From assembly GCF_009914755.1 (NCBI RefSeq), contig NC_060941.1: a stretch of 64,000 nt of DNA. The stretch is one strand, 5' to 3'. The notes below the pieces were generated by a model. It was given only the letters and a program-made list of their open reading frames with translations. It made no database searches and had not been told where the DNA came from. Positions 26,260-41,512 of the stretch are shown piece after piece. The DNA is from the human T2T-CHM13v2.0 reference genome, Homo sapiens. The first letter of the stretch is position 1, and every line of letters starts with the position of its first letter. The position numbers and the translations under genes are program-made.

Positions 26260-28962
26260 CCTTATTTGTAAAGAGTTATTTAAAGCAAACAGAGAAATTT
26301 CTGAAATTCGAATTGGATATGGGCCGTGAGGGTCTGGTGACCAGGTGATTAAAATCTTGTTGCTGTCTACCTTCCATCCAACAGGTAAATGCCTCACGAC
26401 GGTGGTTTATATTATAATAAAGAATCCCAGAGGGTTAAGTGTGGAGAGGGTACAATGTTCTTATTATACTCTTCTCAGTCGACATGGAGAATAGAGGAGA
26501 GCAGAGGAATGCCCATCTTACATACAACTAGAGCGCCGCTTCTCAGCATGCCTGGCTTGTCTTGAGCATTCGCTGAATGAATGCAGATTAATCAGAACAA
26601 CAGACTTACCTCTGAAAACTTAAATTCTGTAGAGTGCCTATGTATCAATGCCAAGGTTGCTGACCGGTAAGACCCCTGAAAACGAGCGATCACGGGCTTC
26701 CCTGACGACAGGGCCATTATAGTGTCCTCAGATTAGATCTTAGCACAATGGCTTTAACCTGCTTGATGAATGAATAACAGAGGGAAGAAAGAAAGGAAGT
26801 ACGTGAAGGGGGTAAAGAGAAGGAGGTGAGGGGATGAGGGGGGAAAGAGTGACCTCCAAAAATGGACTGGCCCAAACTGGGCCAACCTGAGCTACCCTGG
26901 AAGACGCAAGAGGGCTCACTCTATCCCAGGGATGAACAGAGGACTCTGGAATCCTCAGATGTAATGGAAAAGTCAATGAGCCATATTGTACTCAAAATAT
27001 CTTGTTAATAACAAGGCTATTGGCTTTGAATGTTTGGAAATCATCCACAGAGTAGTTTACTAAGCCACAAAGCAATTACCACTAGCACCCATTTTTCATA
27101 AAGAAACCAAGAAATAATATTCTAAAATTGGTAGCTGGTGTCATGACCCAACCCCAGATCTGGACAGAGTGGTTCTCCATCCCATGGACAGATCCTACCA
27201 GGAGGTCTTCACGTAGGTGAAGGCCTTTGTGCTGACCTTTTTGGTTGCAATGTTTCAAGAACAAGAGAAAAGTGACAACGTTTGGTTTACTTTAGTATAT
27301 TAGGCATTTTTCTAATGTGAACTATACGAAAGCAATTCTCATTCAATGAAAGAGGCGCCAAAAAATTAGAGATTAATAAGTCATCGGTTTCTAGCACGTT
27401 GACTGAAAGACCAGTGAGTTGTGCTTGTTGAATTCTGCCCTCACTGCAGATGTGCAGGTCAAACCCAAAGTGGTCAATGGGAAAGATGAAGAAAGATGGA
27501 TTTCCAGGGCATGGGCTCCCGACTAGAATCTGCCCCTCGCTCATGCTTCTCCCGGCCCCTTTAGACTCTTTAGACTGACATGGTGGAGAATGTGTTTGCT
27601 GTGGTAGAGAAAGGGAGAAAGTAATGAGCTGGGCCAAACAGCAGCACTGAAAGCTTCCCAAGTCACACTCAGACCAGACTTTTCCAGGGATTGGAAGATG
27701 GAGAGAGGGAAAGGAGGTGCAGACACCAAGTAAGGGTTTGGTGCAGGGCTCTGGAATGTCCAGAAGGAGCGGGAAGCAAAGGTGGCGGGACACTGCCTGA
27801 AAGGCGACAACCTAGTGTGGCCACAAGAGAGTCTGCTATGCCTGTCCAGTGCCCACCAGTGACAGAAAACTGTACAAGGGACAGCAGTCCCAGCCCTGCC
27901 ATACACAAGAAGACAGAGCCATCTGGGGGATGGCAAAGACTTGCCCTAACCCATCTCACATGTAGGACTGACCCGGCCCCATTAAGAGCCTGTGGTGGGC
28001 GGCCCGGGAGAGTGGGGGCCAGGGCAGCCCAAAGGTGCACAGGGCACCGTGGCGGACAGGCCCCAGCTTGCTGGCCTCTGAGACGAGCTGGTTTGTTTCC
28101 ATCCCTGAAGCCTTTGGACGAGCTGGATGAGGTCTTGATAACTGAGAACTTTGGAAAGCTTCCTCTAATGAGACTGGGAAGGGCTGGCAGGGTGGGGGCA
28201 GGGGCCTCCCCGAGGAAGCAGCTGGGGGAAGGATGGATTGGCATTTCCAGAGGAGACTTTACAGATGGCGCCTGATCTCATGGGACACGATTCAGCGCTC
28301 AATTTGGGGCTAATTTGCCGAATGAGGTAGTTCCATCCTGACCTCTCCAGGCATGGTGGGTCTGGGAAGACAGGAGCCAAGCCTTCCTCCTAAAACCCCT
28401 GGTGATGAACAGTGGCTGAGAAAGCCAGATGTGGACTCCCAGAATGCAATGGGAAAAAAATAAAGAAGGAGGGCTGCAAAGGATTCTGGGTGCGGCTGTG
28501 AGCTGAATGGCACCTTCTACCCATGATTCTGATCCTGACACCTGGCTTAGAGACAGAGCCCTCCCTACCCTGATCCTCCAAAGCCCTGGAGACAAGGGAG
28601 CCAGCTGGAGGAAGAGCCTTGGGGCTTCCAGGGCACAAGCATGTGACAGTGACCCCTACAAAACTCGGCAAGGACCACAAAGTTCCAGCCTCTGTTTGTT
28701 TCAGAGCGGCAAGCACAGCATGGGAGTCAGGGGGTCTTCAGCCTCAGAGACAAGGGCAGGGCTGTGGGTCTGTCTTCTGGGCCTGGGAATATGGGGGAGC
28801 CCCCAGCTAGGCTGTCCGGGTCACCCTTCTGGAATCACCAGCTCTCTCCCCTCTCCTCAGTGGCCCAGGAGAGAGGGTGGGGGGCATCCACTCGGCATGG
28901 GCCCCATGGTGGGAGCCCAGCCCCCCTCCCCAGCAGGACCCCCCGAAGCTGCACAGGCCCAT

Positions 28963-29076
28963 CTAGATCTCCATGTCCACAGGGCGGATGTTGCCCGTCT
29001 TGTGCTCTCTGACCCACAGCTCCCTGTCTTTGGCCGGGTCCACTTTTCGAAGCAGCTGATCCACGGGCTCGACTGT
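28963..29076 (-). CDS. GAS7: GAS7 last exon coding part TVEPVDQLLRKVDPAKDRELWVREHKTGNIRPVDMEI*
   Basis: ttgcag|ACA acceptor. 114 nt to TAG. The nine exons join into one open frame of 301 aa plus stop. Confidence 0.95.
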   Translation of the reverse strand, partial: TVEPVDQLLRKVDPAKDRELWVREHKTGNIRPVDMEI

Positions 29077-29735
29077 CTGCAAGAGACAGAGAAAATGCGA
29101 CACTGTTAGAGACGGCGGCCAAGCCAGGGAGGTCTCCTCTGAGACATGCTGTCCTCACCTTAGTGTCTCTGAGAGCAGCCTCTCTAGAGGGCTCCGGGGC
29201 CCCAGGGGGAGGCCCATCTGAGGGACAGCACATGAAGAGGGCTGTGAACGGGGAACCCAGTATGCATCCCGACCCTGCTTCTCACCCTGCAGACCCCAGG
29301 CCTGGATGAGAGGCCAGGAGGGCCTTAAAACCTGTCTCTATCCCTTCCACCCCACATTTACCACCAGTGAACAGGACAAATAAAACTTGAGCTTTAGGTA
29401 TTGTGAATATTTCTAGAAGTTGTTTTTTTTGGTTTTGTTTTTTAAGAAATTTAATAATGTCTTCAGCTACTGTAACTGTTACGAGCTTCTTTCTCCTCAG
29501 GGTAACAGCTCACGTGTGTGTCCACTTCATGTGCCAGGGTCGGAATCACACAGACGTCCAGGACAATCCTGAGAGGCCCAGTCCACGAGGCCACCCCCAG
29601 GCCAGAGCACCTGCCCACTGCCCGCCTTTAGGGCAGATTCACTTGCAGCAGCCACTTAACCTGCCACGGCCTAGCGCCAGGCGGCTCTCCCCAGGCCCCG
29701 TGTCGCCCGGGAGCCCCGCTGGGCTGGAAACTCAC

Positions 29736-29834
29736 GCTTTGGTTGAACATGTCTGTTTCATGCCGCAGCTGCGTGTACTGGCACAGGTGCTGCCGGATCA
29801 TCTCTACCCTCTCCACCTCCAGCCGCTCTAGCTC
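29736..29834 (-). CDS. GAS7: GAS7 penultimate exon ELERLEVERVEMIRQHLCQYTQLRHETDMFNQS
   Basis: ggcag|GAG ... AGC|gtgagt. 99 nt, phase 0/0. Confidence 0.95.
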
Positions 29835-31360
29835 CTGCCGAGAAAGCAAAGGCCAGAGAACTCTGAGCACGTCCCCTCCACTTGGGGGTCCTCCCACCAA
29901 GACCACAAAACGCAAGTCACTGGCTGTGGACATTCTGTCCCATCTGACTCTCTGGGGTCTGATGAAGAGCGTGCCCCATATCTAAGGTGAAGGTGAAGCT
30001 GACGACAGCAGCAGCGGCTGTTTTACTTCCTGAAATCCTGCTCCGCCACGCACAGTGCTGAGGGCTTTACGTGCGTTCCTTAACTGTCCTCGTTACAATT
30101 TTAAGAGATCGTTTCTGTTATTATCCCCATTCTCCAAGCAAGGGAACTGGGGAACTAACACCTAGAGAGGCAACAACACAGCTCACCCAAAGCGACACGG
30201 AATTATGGGAGGAACAGGATTTAAACCAGAGTCCATCAGGCTGTTACTCATGGCAATGCACCCATGCAGCCCTGGCCCTGGTGCCCTGATGGGGTATAAC
30301 AAGGGGGCACATGTGGGAGCTCCATGCCACACATTCCTGGGACCTTGTCCCTGGGCCTCTGCTGAGCAGCCTCCCTTCCTCTGCCTATGCCTAGTGCTGT
30401 GGCCGCAATAGAGACCGGGCCAGGGAGGCAGACTGGGCTGCACGTGGCACAGCTTTTGTCAAAGGGGAGCGTGGAAAGGGTTTGTCCTCTGGTTTCTAGA
30501 TGGTTTTGTGTCTTTGGAATCTAGGGGATCCGGCTGTTACTCTGCATACAACTAGGTCACTGCCCAGGTGATTAATCAGAAAGGGGGGTAAAGCAGGGGG
30601 CTTAATTAGGAGATTAACCAGGAGGAAAACTAGGTCACTGTCCCTGGTGGAGGCCTCTAATCTGCTCTGGTGGGCTGACACCTGGGGAAGGCAGCTGGTT
30701 AGTCCTGTGCTGGATGGACAGGGGTGGCTTTAGGCAGTGGGCTGATCCGATGAGCACCTGGCATGATGCCTCCTGTCCCATCTGGCCCAAGTACCAGCCA
30801 CACTTCACTGTCCACTCAGGCAGGTGCTGACTGATAAGGAGATGCTGCCCCTTTACAAGAAATACTCAAGAGCATCATCGGCCCTGCCGCCTGTTGTTCA
30901 CCCTTGGTGAGAGGCCTCCCCCACCCCACTGCCTAGCTCCATCCTCACCCATCCATCCACTTTGCAAGGATCTCCTACCAAGGACCTGCAACTCGTGTGT
31001 GTGCATGTGTGGGGCGGTCCTCTCTTCCTATAGCTTGGCTATTTTTCCTAAAGAGGCCCTTGTCCACTTAGTTGAGGAGAGTCCTCAGTTGACCCTGACC
31101 TCTCAGGGGACAGCCCAAGAAGGATGTAGCCATATCCAACCCAACCCTGCCCACATCCACACAGCTAGGAAGCGCTGGAGCAGAGATCTGAATCCACATA
31201 AGCTGGCTCACATTGAGGTTTCGACCCCAACACTGAAGTAGATTTGATGACCATCTCCAGGGTCACTCCACCCCATCATCCCCGCGCCCACCAACAACCA
31301 CCAGGGGCTGCTCTGTGTCAGCCTCTGTACTGCCATGTCCACACATCCCTGCCCGCTTAC

Positions 31361-31440
31361 CAATGTGGTGGTCACCATCTCTTCAAACCATTTGGACTGG
31401 GCCTGGTTGTAGAGATCCACACAGCGCATGAGGTCGTCTC
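31361..31440 (-). CDS. GAS7: GAS7 coding exon (~exon 12) DDLMRCVDLYNQAQSKWFEEMVTTTL
   Basis: ttccag|GA ... TTG|gtaagc. 80 nt, phase 1/0. Confidence 0.95.
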
Positions 31441-31698
31441 CTGGAAAAAGACCACAGTCACCATCATGAAGCATCCTATCCTCACCATGACTCTGTGCCC
31501 CACCCTGAGCCCCACAGCCAAGCCTTCTCCTCCCCCTGGGGTCATGGTGGCCGCTGGAAAGCTGGAAAAGGGATGGCAGTAGGAAGAAGAAGAAAGCAGA
31601 GCCAGGGAAGGAAGGGGGCAACCCAGCCCCATGAGAACCCAGCTCAGGTGTCCCCCTGAAGCCTGACCCCAGATACCAAGGATTCAGGATGGTGGTTC

Positions 31699-31704
<6 letters not shown>

Positions 31705-31750
<46 letters not shown>
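31705..31750. repeat. (TG)23 microsatellite; a second (TG)~10 lies at 31918-31938
   Basis: Read directly. Confidence 0.97.
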
Positions 31751-31752
<2 letters not shown>

Positions 31753-32829
31753 TAGGGTATTCCTAGGACCCCCAATCCTATCATGAGCCCAAGAAATGCT
31801 TCCCTCTCTAAAGATGGCAGTTTTATTTTACACTGGGGAGTCCAGATTGGTTAAAACATGTCACACACAATTTGGTGCTAAGAATAATTAAGGAAGATAA
31901 ATTTGCAGATCATGTAAGTGTGTGTGTGTGTGTGTGTGCATGAACACACTGCAAGATGTCCTTCTGAAACACAAAAGAACGCATCTGTAGTCACAGTCTA
32001 AAACATGCACTGGAGGAGCACACCCCAGCTTCAGGAGAGTGGCTACCTTGGGAAACAGAGAAAGGGTGAGTGGGCAGGAATCAGCTCCTTCTATTGCATT
32101 TTATGTCATCACAGAAAGATCCGAGGCAAACATAACTATTCAATCTTTAGGACTACTCTATTACTTTGTTATCATATGTATGTTTAGAACATTTTGTAAT
32201 TAGAAAGAAAACACACTGCGAAGTAATTGCAAACATTACTAAGCGTACCAGCACCTTGGAACCTTGCTACACAAATCACAGTCTGTGGGCCAGTGGCACT
32301 TGTATGCCCTGGGGTCGGCTAGAAATTCAGAAACCCAGGACAGATCCGAGACCTACTGAATCAGAGACTGCATGTTTATGAGACGCTCTGGTAATGTGTG
32401 TGCACGTGGCAGGCAGAGCAGCACAGCTCTCATGCACGGCTTTGTCTCAGCGTAGCTTCCTCATCCTCACAGGGCTCCAGCAAGAGGAAGGCATCATGGT
32501 GTTTGCTCACGATGGAAAAAGCTCATGAGTGAACCCCAAAGTGAAGTAATTTTCTCTAGTAATTCTAGAAGCAGAATGCTAGAGTAGAATTTAGTAATTC
32601 GAGTAGAGTCAAAGTGACTCCTATAGTATCATCATTGTGGCTCATAGGTACTCTGATAGGAAAGTCAAAGAGAACAGGGAAGGTTATGTCTCCAGGCCCC
32701 AGGCCTAGCTGCGAACCATACCCCTAGCTATGCCACACACCAGACGCGAGTGTGCCTTGAATAACAGAGCCCACACCAAGGCATTTATTCATTTTGTTCT
32801 TGGTCCAAGGCCAATGACTGGACCCTTGA

Positions 32830-33152
<323 letters not shown>

Positions 33153-33412
33153 TGCAAATGCATTTCTAGCAAGAGCTCCTGCCTGGCCGAGGAGGAGGGC
33201 GGCGTGCTGCTCTGTACACTGTGAAACTCCCTGAGCCCTGTGTGTCAATGCTGATTTTGAGAAATTGCTTCAGGAACTTCCACAGCATTGGGAAACAGAG
33301 TAGGTGAAGGGGGCTGTACCTTCTCTCTATGGCAGCCCAAGAGCTTGAAATTGGAACTTTTTAGAACAGTATTGGTTAAGACCATGGATTGTGGGACAAG
33401 AATGCCTTTGTT

Positions 33413-33735
<323 letters not shown>

Positions 33736-33931
33736 CTACTTATTAGCTATGTAATCGTAGACAAGTCGGTTATCCTGCGCTTGCCTCCGTGTCTTCATCT
33801 GTAAAATGGAGATAACGATTGTACCTTTACCAAGTTGTTATGAGGAATAAATATGTCAAAATATGTAAAGCACTTAGAATAGAGATGGGCGTAGAGAGCC
33901 AAATATTAATATGGGCTATGGTGGTGATGAA

Positions 33932-33964
<33 letters not shown>
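33932..33964. repeat. (GAT)11 microsatellite
   Basis: Read directly. Confidence 0.97.
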
Positions 33965-34578
33965 CCCTGAGGATCTGATGTCTTTCCTTCTAGTAGCCTT
34001 GGAAAAGATGAGGAAGAGGGAGGAAAGGAACAGAAGGAAAGAACAGGTGGCATTTCCTGAGCAACAGGCTGTCCAGCAAAATGGCGACAAGCAGAGTCTC
34101 TGGAATGAGAGGAGACTGAATTGTGGCTTCGCCGCTCCACCACTGTGGACCTCATGGAAGGTTCTCATTTTCTCTGCCATCAGTCTTCTCATTTGTAAAG
34201 GGTATAAAAATACCTCCCTGCAGGGGGACTGTGCTGATCAAAAGAGACAATGCTCTAAAGCATGGAGGCTGGCCACAGCGAGTGCTCAGAAGAGGCGGTA
34301 TTTTTCAGAGTTAGGTCTAAGGACTGTCACTTTCGTCACAAAATAATTCCAAACTACAGGAATGAGAGACCGTATTATCTGATGACAATGCAATAAAACT
34401 ATGTAAAAAAAAATAGCAAGATTAGAAAACAACAACAAAGCCCTTGCTTGTAAACATATAAAGATTTTCTTTGAAACAATTCTTGGTTCGAAGATCAAAT
34501 GAAAACCCAAATAGCAAAACATAATGAAAATAGCAGAAATAAAACCACCACAAATAAGAACCTGTGGAATATGGTTAG

Positions 34579-34941
<363 letters not shown>

Positions 34942-35920
34942 TTCACTATTTTAAAAACAAAAACAAAAATAAACACCTGAAACAAAAAAAAAAAGTAAGA
35001 AAAAACCCTCTAGGTGATTAAAAAAAAAGATCTAAATCAGCTCCGAAATCTAGGCTTCTTATGGGAAATATCACTGTACAGAAAAACAGCAAGAAAAAAT
35101 AGACAAACAAGCAAAAAAAAAAAATTACAAAGAACAAAACTAAAAGACAAATGACAATCTAGGAAAAATATCTGCAATTAAAATGAAAAACGATTCATCT
35201 CCCTGATAGATAAAGAATCTATGGTCAGTGGGGAAAGGATATGAGTTAATCAGTTCACAGAAAGTACAACAATGATTTATATGTATATTTTACATACTCA
35301 ACCTGGGTTATGGAGAAAAGCAAATTAAAAACAAAATATCATTTTTCCCCACTCACTACCAATTTCAAATCTTGATAACACACAATGTTGATAAGCATTT
35401 AGAGAACAGGCATTATTCATAGATGCTGTTGATAGGTGCTCTCTCTGGAAAGCAATTTGGAAATATCCATCAAGACGAATAATACCCTTTGACTCAGCAA
35501 CTATATTCTCTCTATATGCAGATCTGGTCTTAGGCACACACAAAGATGCAGGTACAATAACACAGCTTCACTGGCTGGCAAGCACTCTGAAACAATCTAA
35601 GAGTCCTAAACCTCAGTTAAGGGAATGATGAAACAAATTTGGGTACAATCATACAACTGGACACTGGCCAGCCATTAAAAAGTTTGATATGCATGAATGG
35701 ATGGGCAAAAAGATTTACAGAAATGAAAAAGAGGTATTTCCAAGATATATTAAATAAGTTCAGAAGATAGATTGTATGATCAAATGTATATAAATTTAAA
35801 TATTTAAAAATCAAAACACTAGGAAGAGATGGTGATTATTTCTGTGAATAGCATTTTATATTCTTGTCTGCTGATTAAAATATTTTGCCATGTACCAATA
35901 CTGTTTTTGCAATATAATTG

Positions 35921-36206
35921 TTTTTTGAGGTAGAGTCTCTCTCTGTCACCCAGGCTGGAATGCAATGGTGTGATCATAGTTCACCGCAGCCTTAACCTCC
36001 TGGGTTCAAGCCATCCTCCACCTTAGCCTCCTGAGTAGCTGATTCTACAGGCATGCACCACCATGCCTAGCTAATTTTTTCAAATTTTTTTGTAGAGATG
36101 AGGTACTATGTTGCCCAGGCTGGTCTCGAACTCCTGGGCTCAACTGATCCTCCTGCCTCAGCCTCTCAGACTGCCGGATTACAGGTGTTAGCCACTGCAC
36201 CTGGCC
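35921..36206 (-). mobile_element. AluJ-like
   Basis: tgatcatagttcaccgcagcc and ctcctgggctcaa are J-type features. Confidence 0.88.
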
Positions 36207-37210
36207 TATAAGTTATTTTTTTAATAACTTAATAATTTAAACAGATCTCTTCCCCTTCTGTGCCCCCCCTTCTCTCTACCAATAAATATACTGTGCCCTC
36301 TACTTCTTGATCCTGTAATTTATTATTGTGCATTATAAGATTTGTATAATAAACGTTATCCTTCTATTACATTATTTTTTATTGACTTATTTCTATCTTA
36401 CCTTATTTTGAAATGTAAGGTGGCTGCTTTCTTCTATAATGAAGGAATTGTAACAGGTTCACCAGAAATTGAGGTGAAAGGGACCTACAGACCAAACTCT
36501 AATACTACGGCACACATTCTAATTCCAGAGGCAACATGCGTGTCCTCTCGTGCAGTGAAACGTGGCTTCCCTTAGATCTAGTTACCGAGGTTTTCACTGG
36601 TTCTACCAGGCCTTCTCTTCCTCTTTGTGTATTAGCTAACTTTGACCACTAGGTGGAAGCAGAAACCAACTCATTGGGAGACTATTCCCAAGAGACTGAA
36701 ATCTGGTTATTTCTTTAAACAAAGTGTCAGCCTCTGTTCCCAGGGCAGGAGCCCATCCCCATAGGTGAACCTTCAGAGAGAGCATTGCTTCCTGGGGAAG
36801 TGGGCAGCTTGGGTGAGCTGTGTGCTTCTGTGGGCTCTGAACAGGGACAGGGCCCTGAGCTCTCAGTGCATGAAGGAGTTTGTCCACCTCCTGGTCAGAG
36901 ATCTGGGGCTTGGGCGGAAAACAAAAAAAGCCACGACCAGGGAGAGAGTAAGGAGTCCAGCCTCTACCATGCCCCAGAACTAGCCCGGCCTGTGTCCTTC
37001 CTCTGACCCCCAAAGTCTCTTTCTTTGAGATCTCTGGGTGTGGGTCAGAGAGAAGGGAAGAGGGGGTACCTCCTGGCAAACAAGGGAAGTAATTTCCTCG
37101 CTGCAGTCTTGCAAAGGAGAGATGCACCCTCGCCAGTCACCTCATCTCCTAGCCCCGTGCCCTCTCCTTCTGTGTGCACTGACCAGGCCAGGCGGGTGCC
37201 CAGCACTTAC

Positions 37211-37334
37211 CAGCCTGTGTGGACTTTCTCCGCGCCTTCTTGATGTCCTCCTCTGTCTTGTTGCTCAGCTTGATCTCCAGCTGCTGGGTCTTCATCTCCA
37301 GGTCTCTCTGCCGCTCTGTGAGGGCTTTCCGGGC
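37211..37334 (-). CDS. GAS7: GAS7 coding exon (~exon 11) ARKALTERQRDLEMKTQQLEIKLSNKTEEDIKKARRKSTQA(G)
   Basis: ccccag|GCC ... CTG|gtaagt. 124 nt, phase 0/1. Coiled coil. Confidence 0.95.
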
Positions 37335-38375
37335 CTGGGGTCCAAGGACACGGAGAAGCTGCTCATACAGCTCGGAGCCAGTGGGCCTCCTGGGCCACGC
37401 AGCCCAGCTTCCCTTTGGAGTCCTTTCGCCCCTTGTTTGTGTGGATGATGCCACAGTGGTCCAGAGAGGCCCAGCAGCCAGAGTGGCACCACCCAGCTAG
37501 GTAGAGGCTACAACCCAACTCTTTTCGTCCTTGCCTCTTCCAGTGACATCTGGACTCAGCCTACCTCAATCTCTCAAACCACGTTTTTTTCCCGATGGAG
37601 CCTGTACAAAGACTGGGGACCTAGGCAGTCCTAAAGTCACAGCCCCTCTGCTTGGAAGGGACCACAAAGGCCATCTGTGTCACCTCCCTGCAGCACTTAA
37701 TAGGATGTAGCAACAGCCCTCCCGTTCTGGAGCTGGACAAGCCTCGGCCCTCTTGTTCCCCTCACTGTACTGCCTTTCCTCCAGGCCACCACTGGCATCT
37801 CTGTGGTCCTTGGGTGGCGGCAGTTGGCTGGGCCCAGGGTGTCCCAGCAGTTTGAGCCCCCTTCTCCTCTCTAAGGCACTGGGGACTGGGAATCAGTCCC
37901 TGGGGCACACTCTCTTCCCTCTAAGGCTGAACATCAGTTCCCTGGAGGTGAGACCACCCAGGACTCAGCCTCATCCCTGAGCAGGAAGGAGAGCAGGGAG
38001 GCGGTGACTGAGTCAGGACGACTCAGCCAGGTGAGGCTTAAACACGGGGCCCCACGTGAACCAGCAGCAGCACTGCTAGGCTCGGGGTTTAACTGGTCGC
38101 CAACAGCCACTCGACTGCCCACTGCAGCTGCAGCCTCTCCTCGCACCCCTGGCCCTCTGGGTGGTCATTCCAGCACCACAGGGAGGCAGCTCCTATCTGC
38201 CCTTGGATGGGTGGGGTGCTCTGGCGTAGGCACGAGGCTTGGACATCCCCCTATTCCCCTACCTGGGGACAAAGACTCAGCCTTGGCGTATGGAGCCACT
38301 GCTGGCTTCCCAGTCCCCCTTCTTCCAGGCAGTCCCCCATGCACCTGCCCTGGCCCAGCGTCCTGGGCCTCTCAC

Positions 38376-38504
38376 CTTCTCCACCGAGGCATAGCGGCTG
38401 GCGAGCTGCTTGCGAAGGTCGGCAATGTGGTGGTCGCACTTCTTCATGTCTTTCTTGAAGTTCTCACGGAAGTTCATCAGGGGCTTCTCCACCTCGCTGT
38501 GAAG
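38376..38504 (-). CDS. GAS7: GAS7 coding exon (~exon 10) LHSEVEKPLMNFRENFKKDMKKCDHHIADLRKQLASRYASVEK
   Basis: caacag|CTT ... AAG|gtgaga. 129 nt, phase 0/0. Confidence 0.95.
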
Positions 38505-38891
38505 CTGTTGGGAGAGTAGAGACGCACACTCAGGACCCAGGGCATCAGCTGTAAGCCAGTGCAGGGAGGAGGGATGGGAGGGGCACCCCCACTTCCCCAG
38601 GCAAGTGAGGATGAGTCTGGGGTAGCGACCTGGCAGGAAGGTGAGAGACACCCCCTGACACGTGGCTGCCTATCAGGTCTCAGCTTAGGCAGGTCACCTT
38701 AGCTCAGGAGGCCCCCACACACGTCTACAGGATAAGTGGTTAGCAACTAGAGCCTTCTGATTTCCCCATCTGTTAACTACTTTTTTTCTGAGCTTCTGCA
38801 GCTTTTAAATTTTTAGAATTTTTTACTATTTATGGTTTATAATATGCTGTTTTGAAATATGTATATATTGTGGAATGGCTAAATCAAGTTA

Positions 38892-39250
<359 letters not shown>

Positions 39251-39787
39251 ATAATAATCAATGACCTCACACACTTATTTTATCCCACAGCTTCTTGCAC
39301 GGCTTTGTTCTTATGTCTCTCTCCCTTATTTTCCGAACTGAGAGCTTTCTGGGGACAGAAACCACATCAGCGTCTGTGTCTCCAAGCACTCAGCACAGTG
39401 ACTGGGGTACGCGGCTTCAGTAAAGAACAGTCGAATGAATGCCATTCAATTAGAAGGTCTCAGGTCAGTCCTATTTATCGAACATCTACTCCATGGCAGG
39501 TGCTGAGAATACAAAGGTGAGCTAGACAGGGTCCAAACCTCGAGGAACTGATGGTGGGAACTGTTGGAGACCTGCTGGAAACTCACAAGGGCAACTGTCC
39601 CGCATTGCGCTCATAAAGACATTCTCAGCTTGCTGGGCTGCCTGGAGCACAGGCAAAGGGAACCGCCCTGTATCCCAGGGGCCAGAGAAAAGGGTTTATG
39701 CTGTCAGAAGAGCTGGGTGGCATCAGGGTTTTAAGCTTTTTTCTTCTCTTTTATTCCTTCCCTCTTTCCCATCCCACCCCCCTTTAA

Positions 39788-40158
<371 letters not shown>

Positions 40159-41149
40159 CATAACATTTATAAGAAAACAGATCAACGGGACCTGCTGTGG
40201 TCAAAGCCAGGTGGCACCCTAGCCCTGTGCACCCCTCCCACCCCACTGCCTGGAATCAGGCAACTCTCTTCAACCTATGACCACCCCACCACCGCAAATC
40301 TGCCTCCACCGGTCTTAGAGGTGTCTCTAGGGAGCACAGCTCAACTTCCCTGGACAGATGATATCCCAACGAGGGTTCTGTGACTTCTCTCCTCTCCCTC
40401 AGGTTTTTGCTGTACAATATCTTTTTCTCTGGATACAACCAGGACTTAGGTGTCCCTATTCTAAGCAACTGACTTACACGGGGCTGGGAGCTCCAAGCGG
40501 GCAGGGGCCCCATCTGGGTTGAGCACTGCTGTGCCCAGTGTCTGACCTGGGCTGGGGCTGGGTGGGTGCCCCTTCTGTGTTTGTAGAGAGAATGACAAAC
40601 TCTTCAGAGCTCAATCCCCTGGGTGACAAGAAGACAGCTTTGTCGCTGGATGACCGTCACAGACTAACAGAGAACTGGCCATCCAAACACCCCTCTCTCC
40701 TCCTCGTGTTAGTTGTAAATATGTCCTACTATTTTTTTTGAGCCCCTGGAACCTTCCCTGTATAGGAAAACATCCCCACCTGGCGGCAGTTTGCAGGATG
40801 CTACAAAAATCTTGAGAGCTTACGAGAATAAATAAACCCCTTTCCCACGTATATAGGTTTGGCATTTGCTGAGTAGGAGCAGCTGTACGACTCCGGGAAT
40901 CTGGGAGAGTTAGCTCAGCCTGCTGACTCAGAAACTCCGGGGTCTCTAAGGACATGGAAAGCAAGTGACTTTCAGGCTTTAATACGCCCAGGAATGACCT
41001 GAAGAGTTTTCAACATTAAGGTTTCCTGGACCCCAGCCCCAGGTTCTGTGGTCTGGGGAAAAGCCCATGAACCTGCCAATATGCCAGGAAGCTTTCCCCA
41101 AATTCAAATGACATTCTGGAAGCGTGACGCTGCTAACTATCACAAGTGA

Positions 41150-41512
<363 letters not shown>

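Noticed and set aside
27669-29109. 190-200-aa ORFs in and opposite the GAS7 3'UTR and last exon
   Set aside because: GC-rich, stop-poor sequence with no recognisable domain. Overlapping ORFs occur on both strands.
29832-31443. CAGGAG NAGNAG acceptors at two GAS7 exons
   Set aside because: Distal GAG acceptors are very rarely used.
33819-34346. ORFs with poly-Met, poly-Ile or poly-Ser
   Set aside because: They are produced by the (GAT)11 microsatellite.
36643-36660. CTCF-like TGACCACTAGGTGGAAGC
   Set aside because: It mismatches a highly constrained core C and is unsupported without ChIP data.
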